DNA of 64,000 nucleotides from Rhina ancylostomus (Eukaryota): assembly GCA_030265395.1 (NCBI GenBank), contig JARFYF010000002.1:39815987-39879986 (forward strand), given 5' to 3'. A program made the position numbers and the translations under genes. How positions within the stretch are numbered: position 1 is the stretch's first letter; each line of letters begins with the position of its first letter. Below, one piece after another: positions 1 to 13,020 of the stretch. The notes under the pieces are model-generated. The model searched no databases. It was not told the DNA's origin and saw only the letters and a program-made list of their open reading frames with translations.

Positions 1-140
1 TGGTCTGTATATCCTTTCTGAACTCCAAGTCTTCATTATTTGAGATTTGGCCCCCTACAGAGGTGTCATCTGCAAACGTGTAGATGGAGTTAGAGGAGAA
101 TCTGGCCACAGAGTCATGAGTGTAAAGTAGGGCGCTGAGT
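1..140 (-). mobile_element. Rex1/Babar-like LINE RT fragment (degraded)
   Basis: TCATCTGCAAAC (antisense of FADD-type RT motif) followed by GTAGATGGAGTTAGAG...TGGCCACA.AGTCATGAGTGTA; recognised by eye. Confidence 0.45.
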
Positions 141-2839
141 GTCCACTGACTACCAACAGCAACATTACACTGTACAAATTTACTAAATGTCAGAATTCCC
201 AAAGCCAAGAAGGCTAGGGATCACAGGTTTTATGTGCTCCACTATCTACACAAGTCAGAAAAGAAATGCACCTCGGAATGACCATTCAGTTCATTTTTGA
301 AAGATTAACGAAAATTATTTTTTGTTTCAGACAGCTATCACATTAAAGGCAATCCAAAGTACCATTAATCGTTTACTTAAAAATACAAGTGCCTAATTGT
401 TTCCAGGGCAACAAAGATATCGCCTGGAACCATGGCTCATGATACCTCACTGATCTACCAGGACACCATCCCTGAAAATATACCCTGCCTAAAATCACAA
501 AAGACATTCACTCCGAGTCCAATGCATTTTTGTGTTCATTTCCCTGATCTCTCCATGATGTTTGACATATCAAATATGCCATCCTCCCTCACTGCCTCTC
601 CTCTTATCTAATTCCATTAGATTGCCTCACTCTTCCTTAAATGTACTCATCACATTTTCAATTGATTTTCTTCTACCATCATAATCAACCCTGGACTTCC
701 CCAAGGATGTCATCCTGGCTCCCACCCCCTTATGTAATTATCCACAGGAATGGATATCATCAGCCACTGTGTACGCTGACAGCAAACATATGTACCTGCG
801 CAGAACTTGTCTACACCACATCATTATCACCATGCTGTTATAACTGTCTGACATCAATTTGCGGAAAAATCAGTTTCTCTTCTAATTGAATGCTGAATCC
901 ACTGAAGGCTGTTCTCTGTTGCCAAAGATTCCATTGCTCCCGCTGGCCAGACTCTGAGGCTGAATCAGACAGTTTTATAATCTTGGCATCCTGTTTTACC
1001 CAGGCTGAGTCTCAAACCACATACCATATTTATCAAGACCCTGCACCCTGCTTCTTACTGCACACCTCACCTCTCCTGTTGCTCAAACTCTCCTAAATGC
1101 TTTCATCACTTCTAAATTCAAAGTGAGGATGCTCAAACACAGGTGAGAGAAATGCAGACTGACCTTCAAGCTTTGGGCATTGGTGAATCCACACATACCA
1201 TGGTGAAGAATAACGTGTTAAATAAACATCCTGCAAGGCTGTGTACTTATGGCTAGCTGACTCACCAGTAAACTGCTCACCAACGCAGTTCAGGTTCTGC
1301 CAGCCCTACTTGAGTCAAGAAGTTATCATAATCTTAATCCATGCATGGACACAAGAGCTGAATATCATAGGAAATGTCAAGGCAACAATTGACCAAGTAC
1401 AGTGCAAATATCCCCTATGAAAACTAGTAAATAAGCATCTTTTAGAAAAATCCTTCATTGACTAGAATTTTATACAACCTGAGAAAAGGGTTGCAGTTGT
1501 TAAAAGCCGGTCATCACTGCTCTGGCAAATTACTTCAGGAATTCTTCACTAGAGGGTCCTTATGCCAACCATCATCAGCTGCCTTCATTCATGACTTTCC
1601 GTCTGATAGGAGTGTACCTGTTGGCTGACAATACTATTGTATTCATCTCAGCCACCAATTCCAGTAATGAAACAACCTATGCCGATAAACAACAGGATAG
1701 TAACAAAGTTGGGTCAATAGATGTGATGAGTTTTATCTGTTTCTAAGTGCCAGACATCGAACATGTCCAACAAAAATGTCAAATAATGTCTCACTGACCT
1801 TCATCAGCACCACTATTATCATATCTCAGCACTGAACCTGTGGGGCCAGAAGGTTATCTGGATCAGCCACTTTAACGTTGTAATGACAGAGGACAGGCAA
1901 GATACATTAAAATAAGTAATTTGCTTTTTAGTCTCTCAAAGACTTCACCATCCACAAGGCACAAGCCAGAAGTTTGAGACATATTCAAGATGCTCAATAT
2001 TATTCACATTGGGCCTGTTTACTGGATTGACCCCACTCACTATGATGTCCAATACGGGAGGACCTCAGCTCCAGCATGCATAGTCTTCAACAATTTCTGT
2101 GTCCCTGGGACTATCACGGGAAAGCTTCTTGAGAAAAATACTGCTACTAACTGTATCCTATACTTAATGGACATGTTCAGCACATATTAAATATGATTTA
2201 AGGTAGTATGAAGAAAAGAAAATTATAATTGCCAAGGATGGTTAGTGCACTAAGTTAATGGAAGTGTGTTCCTTTCTTTTGGCTGACCTTGTAAAGTCAC
2301 CAAGTGTTCATTCATTTCCTCCAGATAGATGATACTTTGTAATGGTGGCTGCATTGGTTGGCATTTCCTGCTACTCTTATTTGACAACTTCTCTATGGAC
2401 CCCTCAGTAAACGGCCCTGAATAGAGTCCTCCAGCATCTCACTACATCTGTCATAATTCCTGACCAAATGAAGAAACAGGATGCTCTCTGTCCTCTTGAA
2501 GTGTCAGTTCATAAGTTCCTAAACAATGGTGTTGCTTTCCAAACCACTAAACTTTACCCTGAAAATGCCACAGGCTCCAAACTCCATATTACACTTTTTT
2601 TTACATATTGGAAACTTACTTCCTTTATGCAGTGATGCTGACTCTGAAACCACCCAGTATGTCAATGCATAGTTGGCTGGATGAGTAATCTGCTTGCACT
2701 GTCTTTTAGCCAAGACTTTTATTGGAGATGCTTCAATGAAGAAAATTCCACAAAAGTAAATTAATAATGTGTTAACAACAGTTATTCCTCAGAAATTGAA
2801 CACAAATGGAGGGAAGTCAGGTTTCAGTAATATCGTGCA

Positions 2840-3370
2840 TTGGTGAGAAAATTTCTGGATTACTGTCTGCAGCAATAGTTTCCTCATTTAAGGAAGGATG
2901 ATTAAGGCCTTGGAAACAGATCATAAAAAGGTTTACTAGACTAATAACAGCAATTTGTAGGTTGGCTTCTGAGGAAAGATTAGACAGGACAGGAGTTTAC
3001 AAGAGTGGCAGGCAGGTGACTTGATTGAAATATACAAAGGTCTTAATCAGGTGGACGTGAAGAGGTTGTTTCCTGTTGTGAAAAAAAATCAGAGCTGGAG
3101 GTCACTGTTTAAAAATATGAGGTCAACCATTTAAGACAGTTAAAGACTCTTGATCCTCTCAGAAGATCAAGAGTCTTTGGAAATCTCAAAGTGCACTGGA
3201 AGAAGGGACTTTGAATATTATTTAAGGGAAAGGCAGATAGATTCTTGACAAGCAAGAGGGTAAAAGGCTCTTGTGTATAGATGGAAATGCTAAGCCAAAG
3301 CTGCAATCAGATCAGCCTTGATCTTATTAATTGGCAAAGCATGCTTGAATGTCAAGTGGCCTATACCCAA
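2840..3370 (+). mobile_element. CR1-type LINE 3' fragment (degraded)
   Basis: Decayed RT C-terminal sequence (GGTGACTTGATTGAAATATACAAA, GGTCACTGTTTAAAAATA) and 3' UTR GATCAGCCTTGATCTTATTAATTGGCAAAGCATGCTTGAA...TGGCCTA. Confidence 0.65.
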
Positions 3371-5192
3371 TTCAAATTTTGTTACGTATATATTCTGATT
3401 CTCTGAGAACATATAATTTCTAAACTCAACATTATTTTTCCATTTATAACATGGTAAATTGTACATAAAGTAAATTAGTGATGTATTGTTTTTATGATCG
3501 TCTCACCACAAATAATTTCTAAATTCATCTTTCTAATATATGACCACAATAAACCTAACTACCAACTGCTATTATGCTTTTAATTAAATACTTCTGCAAG
3601 TCAAAGTTAATGTATTATATTCGCTTGGATCGTTTAACTAAACAGGGCATTACTGAAGAATTATAATTGTTAAAACTGCTACTTCTTCACAGATATTTAT
3701 GGTCAATATTTTTGATTCCTTCATATGTGACTAATAATAACACAATAAACAATGCCTTAGTGAGAACATATTACAAATGTGTAAAAGTAAATTTGCAGAT
3801 GGTGGAAATCTGATTCAAAATAAAAACGGCAAATGCTGAAAATACTCTGCTGGTCAGGCAACATCCGGAGAGACAGATGCAGAGCTAACATTTCAGGGTT
3901 GCTGACCTTTTACCAGAATTACATAATTTGTCTTTTAGTACTTTAACATTGCTTCACTTCCATCTAATCACAGACCTAACCCCCTGTTTTTCCTTCTCGT
4001 TCGTCCCCCATCGCTACTTAAAATCTGTTATAGGTCGGTATTATTCCAGTTCTGTTGAAACCACCTCCACAATAGGAGGAAGAATAATCTCAAACTACAA
4101 ACATAAACTATGACACATTGACAAATTGGTCAACAAATATCACTCTAGCAAAAATTCAAAATCAAAACACCCTCAAAATTTGCTCTTTTACAAATGGAAT
4201 TTATAGTATTCAAGTACAGCTCTCTCAGTTTCATAGGTCTAAATGTCCTTTAAGCATTCATCCATTTAAATGCTTGTTAAACAATTTTTAAAAGCCACAT
4301 TTCAACAATAAGCTTTAACAGAAACCCGAATTGAATAAACATATTAATTTTGTTTACCATGTTTTCCCACTTTGAGTAGAATCAGCTAGTTTTGGGAAAT
4401 TAGTTTCCATGTTCGATATTTCACTTCAACTGATTTGCATGCCACCACACATAAAATACTCTGTGGACCAGCAAAAGTAGTCTGCCTTTTACAATGTAAT
4501 TTATTAAAAAAATATTAGTAATATTCTTTGATATTAAATCTATGAGTTTTATTAAGAGTTAAAATGAGTTATCATGTAAAACGTAAACTTTTGGAAAACG
4601 AGGTGTCATTTTAAATTATTGAAAATTACTGTAGAATATGCATACAGAAGCCTCATTTATCAGTTGCATTAGTCAGTTTGATTGCAAAATATAAAAGCTT
4701 TCAAAATGTGTCCATCAGTATTTTGGAGCCTCCAAATTTACAATGACGTTGCTTCTCAAAAGTTCATAAAATGGAATTTATTTGATCACATGATACGGCA
4801 AATTTTGTGAGCAGGACTGGTTTCTCGTGCTATAATTTTTATATAATGCAAAAGATTACAGAAATTCAGCCTGCACGGAAGTTCATTTGAGACTGCCATT
4901 CTTTAATCTTTTGACTAGTTTGGCAACTTTGTGATACGATAGCATGAAAAATCAATACAAACTAGCAGAAAATCCCTTTGTTCTAACCATTTTAAAATTG
5001 TGATTTCATTTTTACATTTCTCAAGCCAGTGTAAGATAAGCAAATTGGTCTTTTCACCTTCCCCAACCAAAACTTATTCACACAAACATGAAATATGACT
5101 TGTTTCAATTTTGCTCACAGTTTTTTTTAAAGAGGAATAAATATTAACTATGAAAGCATATTATATTTAGATGCAACTTTCTACCTTCACAG

Positions 5193-7024
5193 TGAGGGGA
5201 GATCCAGGGTTACCTGGACCACCTGGACCTCCAGGACCACCAGGACCCCCAGGCCAAGCAGGATATCCAGGCAAGCCAGGTATTGGGCTGAAAGGAGTTC
5301 CTGGCGATCCAGGACAACCAGGACCACAAGGACTCACTTTAAAGGGTGCTCCAGGCATTCCAGGATCACCAGGACAGCCAGGAAGAATAGGATATCCTGG
5401 ACCAAAAGGTGATCCAGGAGTTCAAGGGATACAAGGGCAGAGAGGCAGTCCAGGGCCTCCAGGAAATCCTGGACCAGCCGGATTGTCAGTTGTTGGAAAA
5501 CCAGGTCCACCAGGGGCATCAGGATCTCCAGGCGTACCTGGATTACCTGGAGCAAAGGGACATCCAGGTTATCCTGGTCCTGCTGGGCCAAAAGGGGAAA
5601 GAGGAATTGGTATCCCAGGACCTGCTGGTGAGAAAGGACCTCCAGGTTCCCCGGGGTCACCAGGAATCCCAGGACCAGTGGGATTAAGTGCACCTGGAGC
5701 TCCTGGTCGCCCTGGGGAACCAGGTAAGAAGGGTGCAATTGGACCACCAGGCCCATCTGGTTTCACAGGTGCACCAGGTCAAAAAGGGCCACCAGGACCA
5801 CCTGGACAACCTGGACTTGGAAAGCCTGGAGCGAATGGTTCACCAGGATTACCAGGGCCCCCTGGTTTTAAAGGTCACCCTGGCTTACAAGGTTTGCCAG
5901 GGGCACCAGGCTTGCCAGGTATTGGAAAGCCAGGTGATCCAGGATCCAAAGGAGAACCTGGTCCAGTTGGTTATACTGGATATCCTGGAAAGAAAGGAGA
6001 GATGGGACCAATTGGGAAACCAGGACCTCCGGGATTAATGGGACCAGCTGGTATACCGGGATCAGAAGGCCTCAGAGGTTTACAAGGAATTCCTGGCTCA
6101 CCGGGTATGAAAGGGGCACCAGGGCACATGGGTATACAAGGCTACCCAGGATCAAAGGGTGAGAGAGGACCAACTGGTAGCCCAGGTATATCAGGACTTC
6201 CAGGAAAACCAGGTCCAACAGGTCTACCAGGACCAATTGGACCTGTGGGTCAAAAAGGTGATCCTGGGCTTACTGGTCCATCTGGTAAACCAGGAAGCCC
6301 TGGTGCTCCTGGTCCTCAAGGTCCGTTAGGTTTTCCAGGTCCAGTAGGTCTGAGAGGACCTGCGGGAACACCTGGTCACAAAGGCTTGCCTGGTTTGAAA
6401 GGTGCACAAGGGCTTCCTGGAAAAGATGGTGCTCCAGGAGCTCCAGGACTACCGGGACCTCCAGGCATTGTTAGCAGACAATTAATCAAGGGTTCACCAG
6501 GAGCACCAGGTCAAAATGGAGCAGTAGGCCCTCCAGGTCCACCAGGTCTTCCAGGCCCACCAGGTTTACCTGGTGAAATTTATGTCCAACCAGAAAAATC
6601 TGTACAGCCACCACCTGGATTATTAAGTCCTGTTCCAGCTTTTACAGCCATTCTATCTCGGCCATATCCACCAGTAGGTCAACCAATTATGTTTGACATA
6701 CTAGTGACCAATTCAAATAACAACTACAATCCAGCATCTGGTGTATTCACATGTGAAATACCAGGGCTTTACCAATTCAGTTACCATGTACAAATCAAGG
6801 GGGCAAGTGTCTGGGTTGCATTATATAAAAATGGAAAACCCATCCTACAAACATATGATGATTACACAACAGGGTATGTTGATCAGGCTTCAGGAAGTAT
6901 TATAGTACACCTACATGATAATGACCAAGTCTATGTATTGCTACCTTCAGAAGAAGCCAATGGTTTATATTCATCTGATGAGAAACAGTCATCATTCTCA
7001 GGATTTTTGATTAGCCCTTCATGA
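5193..7024 (+). CDS. col10a1: collagen type X alpha-1-like copy A, terminal exon (triple helix + C1q/NC1); 5' exons lie upstream of the window
   Basis: About 460 aa of Gly-X-Y with short imperfections, then a C1q domain (AFTAILS...[22 protein letters not shown]...[16 protein letters not shown]...SSFSGFLI). Phase-1 acceptor CTTTCTACCTTCACAG at 5191-5192 precedes VRG, as in vertebrate COL10A1. The track's ATG at 5171 is intronic. Confidence 0.9.
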
Positions 7025-8146
7025 TTTGCTTCAGTTAATGATAATATATCTGATCAGGTTTGAGAGGACAAATCCTACTTGATAAACAATGCAACCTCAT
7101 TAAGCAATCAATAGAAGCCAAAAAGGGACAATTATTATCAAGCTAATAAGTCACCACTGTGTTATTTTAATATAAAGTATATCTGTGGAATTAATGTTAT
7201 TCTTCCTATATGGCACATATGCTTTTAGATCATCTATGTTTACTAAATACAATATGTTTTATACAATGCACTGATGTACAAGATACACTTAATGAAGCAG
7301 AAAATTATATGCATTTTTATAGCTTATTACCTTCATGAGGAAGAAACGTGCTCTGTTTCTAAAAACCAAAAACTGTTCAGTCTGTATGATATTTTGTTTT
7401 CTTTTCTGAATCAGCATCTTTGGGGAAATTATGCTAAAATAAGAAATATGTTTGATGATACAAAATTAGTGTTTCCTACCCAAAATTAGACTGTAGTCCT
7501 CAATTTTAATGCTGTTCATGGAATTACACTAATTGTTTTGCTTCCAGATTTTATTTATTTCATCATTAATGTATACTATTTCAGAGTTCATAATTTTAGT
7601 TATTTGGTTTATAACCAATAGCTGCTTTTTCATTTAAAATACTTCAAATGTGTTTATTACAAAGAAAATGTAAATATATTTTTCATGAGTAACTTTTTAA
7701 TGTATAGAAATTTTCTTTGTTCTTTTTTGTCATTGCCATTTATGGACCATCTGAGGTTTGTTTGTTGGTTATCCATCAGCCATCTTGGCAGTGAAGATAC
7801 CACTTTTGATCCATAGTCCTTTAAGAACAAAGGTGAGGGGATGAGTAAATGTAATTGGCTTGGTGTTCTGGATCAGAATTCTAGCGAACATTATGGGAAT
7901 GTGTGCCTTTCACCTTGCAAAGAAGTAGGCTTAGTTATGATGTCAAAAACAGTCGAACACTCTGGAAGCACAGAAGAAAGACCAGCTGATTCAGACTGCT
8001 AGACAGCTGCTAGCATCCATAGAACAGTATTTCAGATGAATCAGAGGTAGAAAATAAGTGCATATGGAAAGCTAGTATAACTTGTAACAACAATCTACTG
8101 TATTGTTTTGTATTACCTCTGCTTATATATTTATTATGTGCTGTCA

Positions 8147-8152
8147 AATAAA
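8147..8152 (+). terminator. candidate polyadenylation signal, copy A
   Basis: AATAAA about 1.1 kb after the stop, followed by T-rich sequence; context GTGCTGTCAAATAAAT resembles copy B GTGCAGTTAAATAAAT. Confidence 0.55.
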
Positions 8153-8719
8153 TTTTTGAAACTGGATTCTAATGGGTTCATTTTTCAATTTTTTTCTTTG
8201 CAATATTTTTTTTAATTAGTTCATCAGTTTATTTATAATTAAGATTGTCACACGAAAATCCCAGAAGTTCTCTGCTTCCTGTTGTAACTTTAGAAGTTCC
8301 ATGAAATGCAATGGAATTTCAGAACCAACTTTTAAAGGAACCATGTTTACCAAAATTTAAGTTGTACTGGCTTTGCACAGTAAACACAAAAAAGGCACGT
8401 AACATTTAGAACAATAGTTATCTGGGAACAAATCAACAGCAAATGCTGACTATCTAGGTTCATATGGAATGGCCACCTGAGCAGATGCAAATGTGCAATT
8501 CCAAAGGGATTTAACTCCTTTAATGGCAGAGGTAGAGGAAATATGGAATTGGTTTATTATCACTTGTAACGAGGTACAGTGAAAAACTTATCTTGCATAC
8601 TATTCATACAGATCAATTAATTACAGTGATTATTATCACTTAACTGTGCAAATAATGGAAATCCAAAGTAAATATCCTTCCCAATTTTTGAAATGATCAT
8701 CTTCAACAACAGAATGATT

Positions 8720-8950
8720 TTAGAGAGTAAAATCACACAGAAACTGGTTGGAATCTAGAACGTGCTGCCTGAGGATATGGTGAAGGCAGATACTTTCACA
8801 ACATTTCAGGAGGATCTAGACGAGCACTTGAATCACCAATGCATGAAGGCTATCATCCTAATGCAAGTAAATGGAACTGGTATAGAGGGAAGCAATGGCC
8901 AGCGTGGACATGGTGAGCTGAAGGGCAATTTTCTGTGACATACGACTATA
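8720..8950 (+). mobile_element. CR1 LINE 3' end fragment
   Basis: GGAATCTAGAACGTGCTGCCTGAGG...GAGCTGAAGGGC...TACGACTATA tail. Confidence 0.6.
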
Positions 8951-11900
8951 AGATTCAAGTCTAATTGTGTCTTCTTTTTTAGGTATAATGCATGAAGTCC
9001 TCAGAAATGATGTCTGGCTGTCTGCACTTGTCCAACAGTTGGCCAGTGGCCATCAATATGAGAGACTCACCATTAATTTAAACATATAACTTGCCATAAC
9101 CATAATATACTTAGTATGGGTGCATTTACATTTCTTTCTTTGATCAAACCTTTGAAATTAAAAAGCCTTTCAAAAACAAACATACAGAATGATTTTCATG
9201 TTATAACTGAATGAATGTGTTAAGCTGGTTATGATACATAGCAAAGAGGGAATTCTTCTGCTTTGAACCCAACCCAAGATCATTAATGTTGAGAGGATAT
9301 GACACAAAATGCAAAAAGATGCTACTAGCAAAGGAAGGAAAATGGATATGGGAATGGGGTGTGGTGGTTGCATGAGGCTATAATCCAGTGGGGATTTAAA
9401 TACATGGATTTCAGACTTAAGGTGTTAAGGGGTGGAACCAAGTAAGTCAATGAGCACAGGCTGGGTGAGTGAACAAGACGTGGCAGAACAGGGAAGAAGA
9501 AACGCAGCAAAAATTTGGAAGAACATGGATGATAGTGGATGGGAAGCACTTGTTTCAGTTTTTTCCAGCTTGTCCTAAACTGCAAGCAGTAACAGTTCAT
9601 CTAAGCTTGGACATCACTACTGAGTAGTCAGAAGAGGCTATAGAGAAATCTTGTGTATTTATAAGTACACTGATGATATACATACTTAACTATGAGTGAT
9701 ACATGCATGGCATAGATTTGATTAGATTTCATTAAGTTTGCAAAATCAGAAAACATTACCACTTGAACATACCCAGGTGAATACAATCATTCATTAATAT
9801 CATGAAAATCATTTCTTATGTTTTTGCAAGTCATTTTACATCAATAATTTATTCAATGATTGAAATACAAATGTGCCATTAATAGGTAAACAATTGTTGC
9901 AGAAAGGTCCATTTACTCTGATAATTCAGACTGGGAGTGAATCTTGTGCTGGCTAATAATGACATCCACACTTCTGCTTGTGAAACGTTACAAATCATCA
10001 CAAGAGGATGAGAATCATAAGGAGGAGGTCTTGATAAACCCTTGGGCCATTTCAGAAATGGCAATAGAGAAGTCGGGAAAAAAAAAGCCAATGTCAAAAC
10101 GTTCTAGCTACAATAGCTATTGCGTATTAATACATCATTAATAATCAAAACTATGCATGATTTTGCATAAAATAAGAACCACAAATGTTGGAAATATACA
10201 ACCAGAATATTTAGAAAGCCAAAAGAAAGGATCAGATACTGCAAACTGATGGTGTAAGTTTGACTTCACTGATCTCATTATCAACTAGTGCATATGTTTT
10301 TCCTGATGCATGAAAAATGGAGAGAATACAAGCTGATGTGTATGGTAACCCCAGGAAACTCAGGCAAAATACATCTGCAAATAAGCAAGAAGTTGTTCCT
10401 ACGATTTAACAATCTGTGCAATCAAGTCAAAGCACTGATGACAAAAATGGGTTTTTACAGATAGAAAACTCCTAAATCAGAGAAGCAAATCAATTTACCT
10501 TCCATATTTTGTGGGATCAGGAATGATTGCTAAAGATCAGAAAATGACAAGGATCACTCCATTACAAAATTGGGATCAAGCAACAAAAATTTTAAAATGG
10601 CTTAATTTATTGATTATGAATATTTATTGGACAAGGATAAAGAAGTTAATCTGTGCAACAGATTGTTAGCCTATAGCCCAAGCCAATAGCGTTGAAAACT
10701 TTTGGTCCAGAACTANNNNNNNNNNNNNNNNNNNNNNNNNNNNNNNNNNNNNNNNNNNNNNNNNNNNNNNNNNNNNNNNNNNNNNNNNNNNNNNNNNNNC
10801 CACAAAGAAAGACAAATCCAATAATCCATTTAATACCCTTCAGCAATCAAGTGGGCTCATGACCTCATTATAGGCTTAAGCTAAACATGCATAAAAGTGA
10901 TTTAATGTCATAATATCCTTAACATCAAAACTGAATTTGGCACCATGGAATCCCAGTAATATGCAAGTCAATTTAAGACCTTATGTTGGTTACAGTTATA
11001 ACGGGCACAAAGGAACATGCATGTAACTGTTGCTTTGACAACCATAATAATGAAATTAGGTTGATTTTCCTCTTCAATGCACCTAGCAAACACTGCATCA
11101 GGCATCTGGATCACCCCAAACTAGGAATAAGTTAACTGGCTAGCACAACCTAGTACCACATCAGTTTGCTGCAACTATCAATCACCCAATGAGGCCTGAG
11201 TAAAATCATCACTCAGACTTTAGAATTATGAAGAGTGCTTCAAATAGCCCAAAGACAAAGGATGGAATGAAACAAGAGAAATGTTAACTTTAAGGAAATA
11301 CTTTAAAATACTCAAAATGCAGAGGTAATGGGGAACAGAACAGTTTCATGTGTACATTATTAGGGGAAGAAATTGGGTTCAATTAACAGTTGAATTTGCT
11401 CTGGGAAAGAGGATGAAAAAATGATAGAAGGCAGGGGGATTAAGCCAATATTCACTGAATTGGGTGTGCCATTTAGGTGCAATGTGCTTTTCTTGTTCTT
11501 AACATTGCTATGTTCTAACCACTAACTCAAACAACTTGGAGTAAAAATAGGAGGCATCTGTAAAAAGTTAAAAATGCAGTGACCGAGCTTTAAAAAAAAA
11601 TGTTGTTTTTAAATAGCCAGGGCAACTTCAATAGTACTCTGCCAAGTAACTAACATTTCAAACAAGTGAATTTCACATTTATTTCCTCTGATTTCAAATA
11701 GCAGATGTTAAACTGCAAAACATCATATTGGATCAGTATTCTGTATTCTCCCTTTTGAGCCACTAAGTTGTAGGTTTGAGCTCTAATATCTGGTAAAATC
11801 AATGCAGTAATAATCAAGAAATGTCTTCTGGATGATGTGTTAATGTTATTATCTGGCTGTTCACAATCTTAGTACAGAAAAAGTGAGCTCTTTCTGCTTC

Positions 11901-12079
11901 CTGGTTAACACATCTCTTAACTAAAAACAGCAAAAATACACTAATTGCAGTGACTGAGCTGTACGTAAATAATGATTATCCACACAGCAATGATGACACA
12001 ACAGGCTATGAAGCACCATAAGTGAAATGGGTTCATTGCCTTGCGTGTAGACTAGACTCTGACAATCTCCCACCATAAC

Positions 12080-12570
12080 ATCAGCAGACCCTGTACAATA
12101 GCAACACAAATGATTGTTTGTCAAATTGCCTGGATCCCATGGACTCATACCATTTGGACCAGTCTCCCACGAGACCTTATCAAACATTTTACTGATGTCT
12201 GTGCAGACTAAATCAACTGCGCTACCCTTATCAACTTAGTCACCTCCACAAAATTTAAATCAAATTATTCAGATAGGACCTCCCCTGAGCAAAGCCCTGC
12301 TGAGTATCCATGATCAAACCCTTCTCTCCACGTGAAAATAAATTTTTTCCAGTAATTTCCCTACCCTTGACATTTGATTCACTAACCTGTAATTACCTGG
12401 CTTATCCTTGCTGCCATTCTTAAATAAAGGTTTCACACTGGTTTTCCTCTAGCCATCTGACAACTCTTCTGTGGCCAGAGAAGATTAATAAATTTCTATC
12501 AGCACCCCAGCAAACTCCTCTCGTCTCCCATAGCAGCCTTAAATATAACTCATTAGGCCCTGAGGTCAAT
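12080..12570 (-). mobile_element. CR1 LINE RT internal fragment
   Basis: Minus strand gives FDKVSW-like motif; ACCTGTAATTACCTGG is antisense of PGNYR. Confidence 0.6.
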
Positions 12571-12679
12571 TCAACTTTGAAGACTTGGATCAGTATTCAA
12601 GAGTATGGACTAACAACTGTCAAATGAAGTTTAGCTGCACAATAGCCATGATATGCTTGTACAGTGGACCGTTCAAGAG

Positions 12680-13020
12680 ACACCAAAATAGGTGGAGGAG
12701 TAGAGAGAATTGAAGAGACAAGAAGGTCGCAGAGAGACCTACATAGTTTAGAAGATTGGGCAAGGAAATGGCAGATGAGATTCAATGCTGCAGTTGTACA
12801 CTTTGGAAACAGAAATCAGCGGGCAGACTATTACCTAGAAGGGGAGAAAATTCAAAGTACTGAAGNNNNNNNNNNNNNNNNNNNNNNNNNNNNNNNNNNN
12901 NNNNNNNNNNNNNNNNNNNNNNNNNNNNNNNNNNNNNNNNNNNNNNNNNNNNNNNNNNNNNNNNNCAGACTCGATGGGCCAAATGGCCTACTTCTGCTCC
13001 CTTATCTTGTGATCTTGTGT
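12680..13020 (+). mobile_element. CR1 LINE RT/3' fragment spanning a gap
   Basis: DTKIGGGV...QRDLHSLEDWARKWQMRFNA..VVHFG; 3' UTR GATGGGCCAAATGGCCTACTTCTGCTCC. Confidence 0.8.

Noticed and set aside
3693-3759. Possible mini-exon for copy A (CACAG...GTGAGA)
   Set aside because: 67 nt, not frame-preserving, with a stop in the phase-1 frame; I found no 72-nt equivalent for copy A in the window
5026-5030. Possible microexon AG|CCAGT|GTAAGA upstream of the copy A terminal exon
   Set aside because: 5 nt would shift the frame; no other support
5171-5192. ATG start of the 617-aa ORF (MQLSTFT)
   Set aside because: Lies in the polypyrimidine tract and encodes no signal peptide; acceptor at 5192 fits the known gene structure
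5167-6038. Antisense and shifted-frame ORFs over copy A, some Gly-Pro rich
   Set aside because: Shadow ORFs produced by the GGN-CCN codon periodicity of collagen
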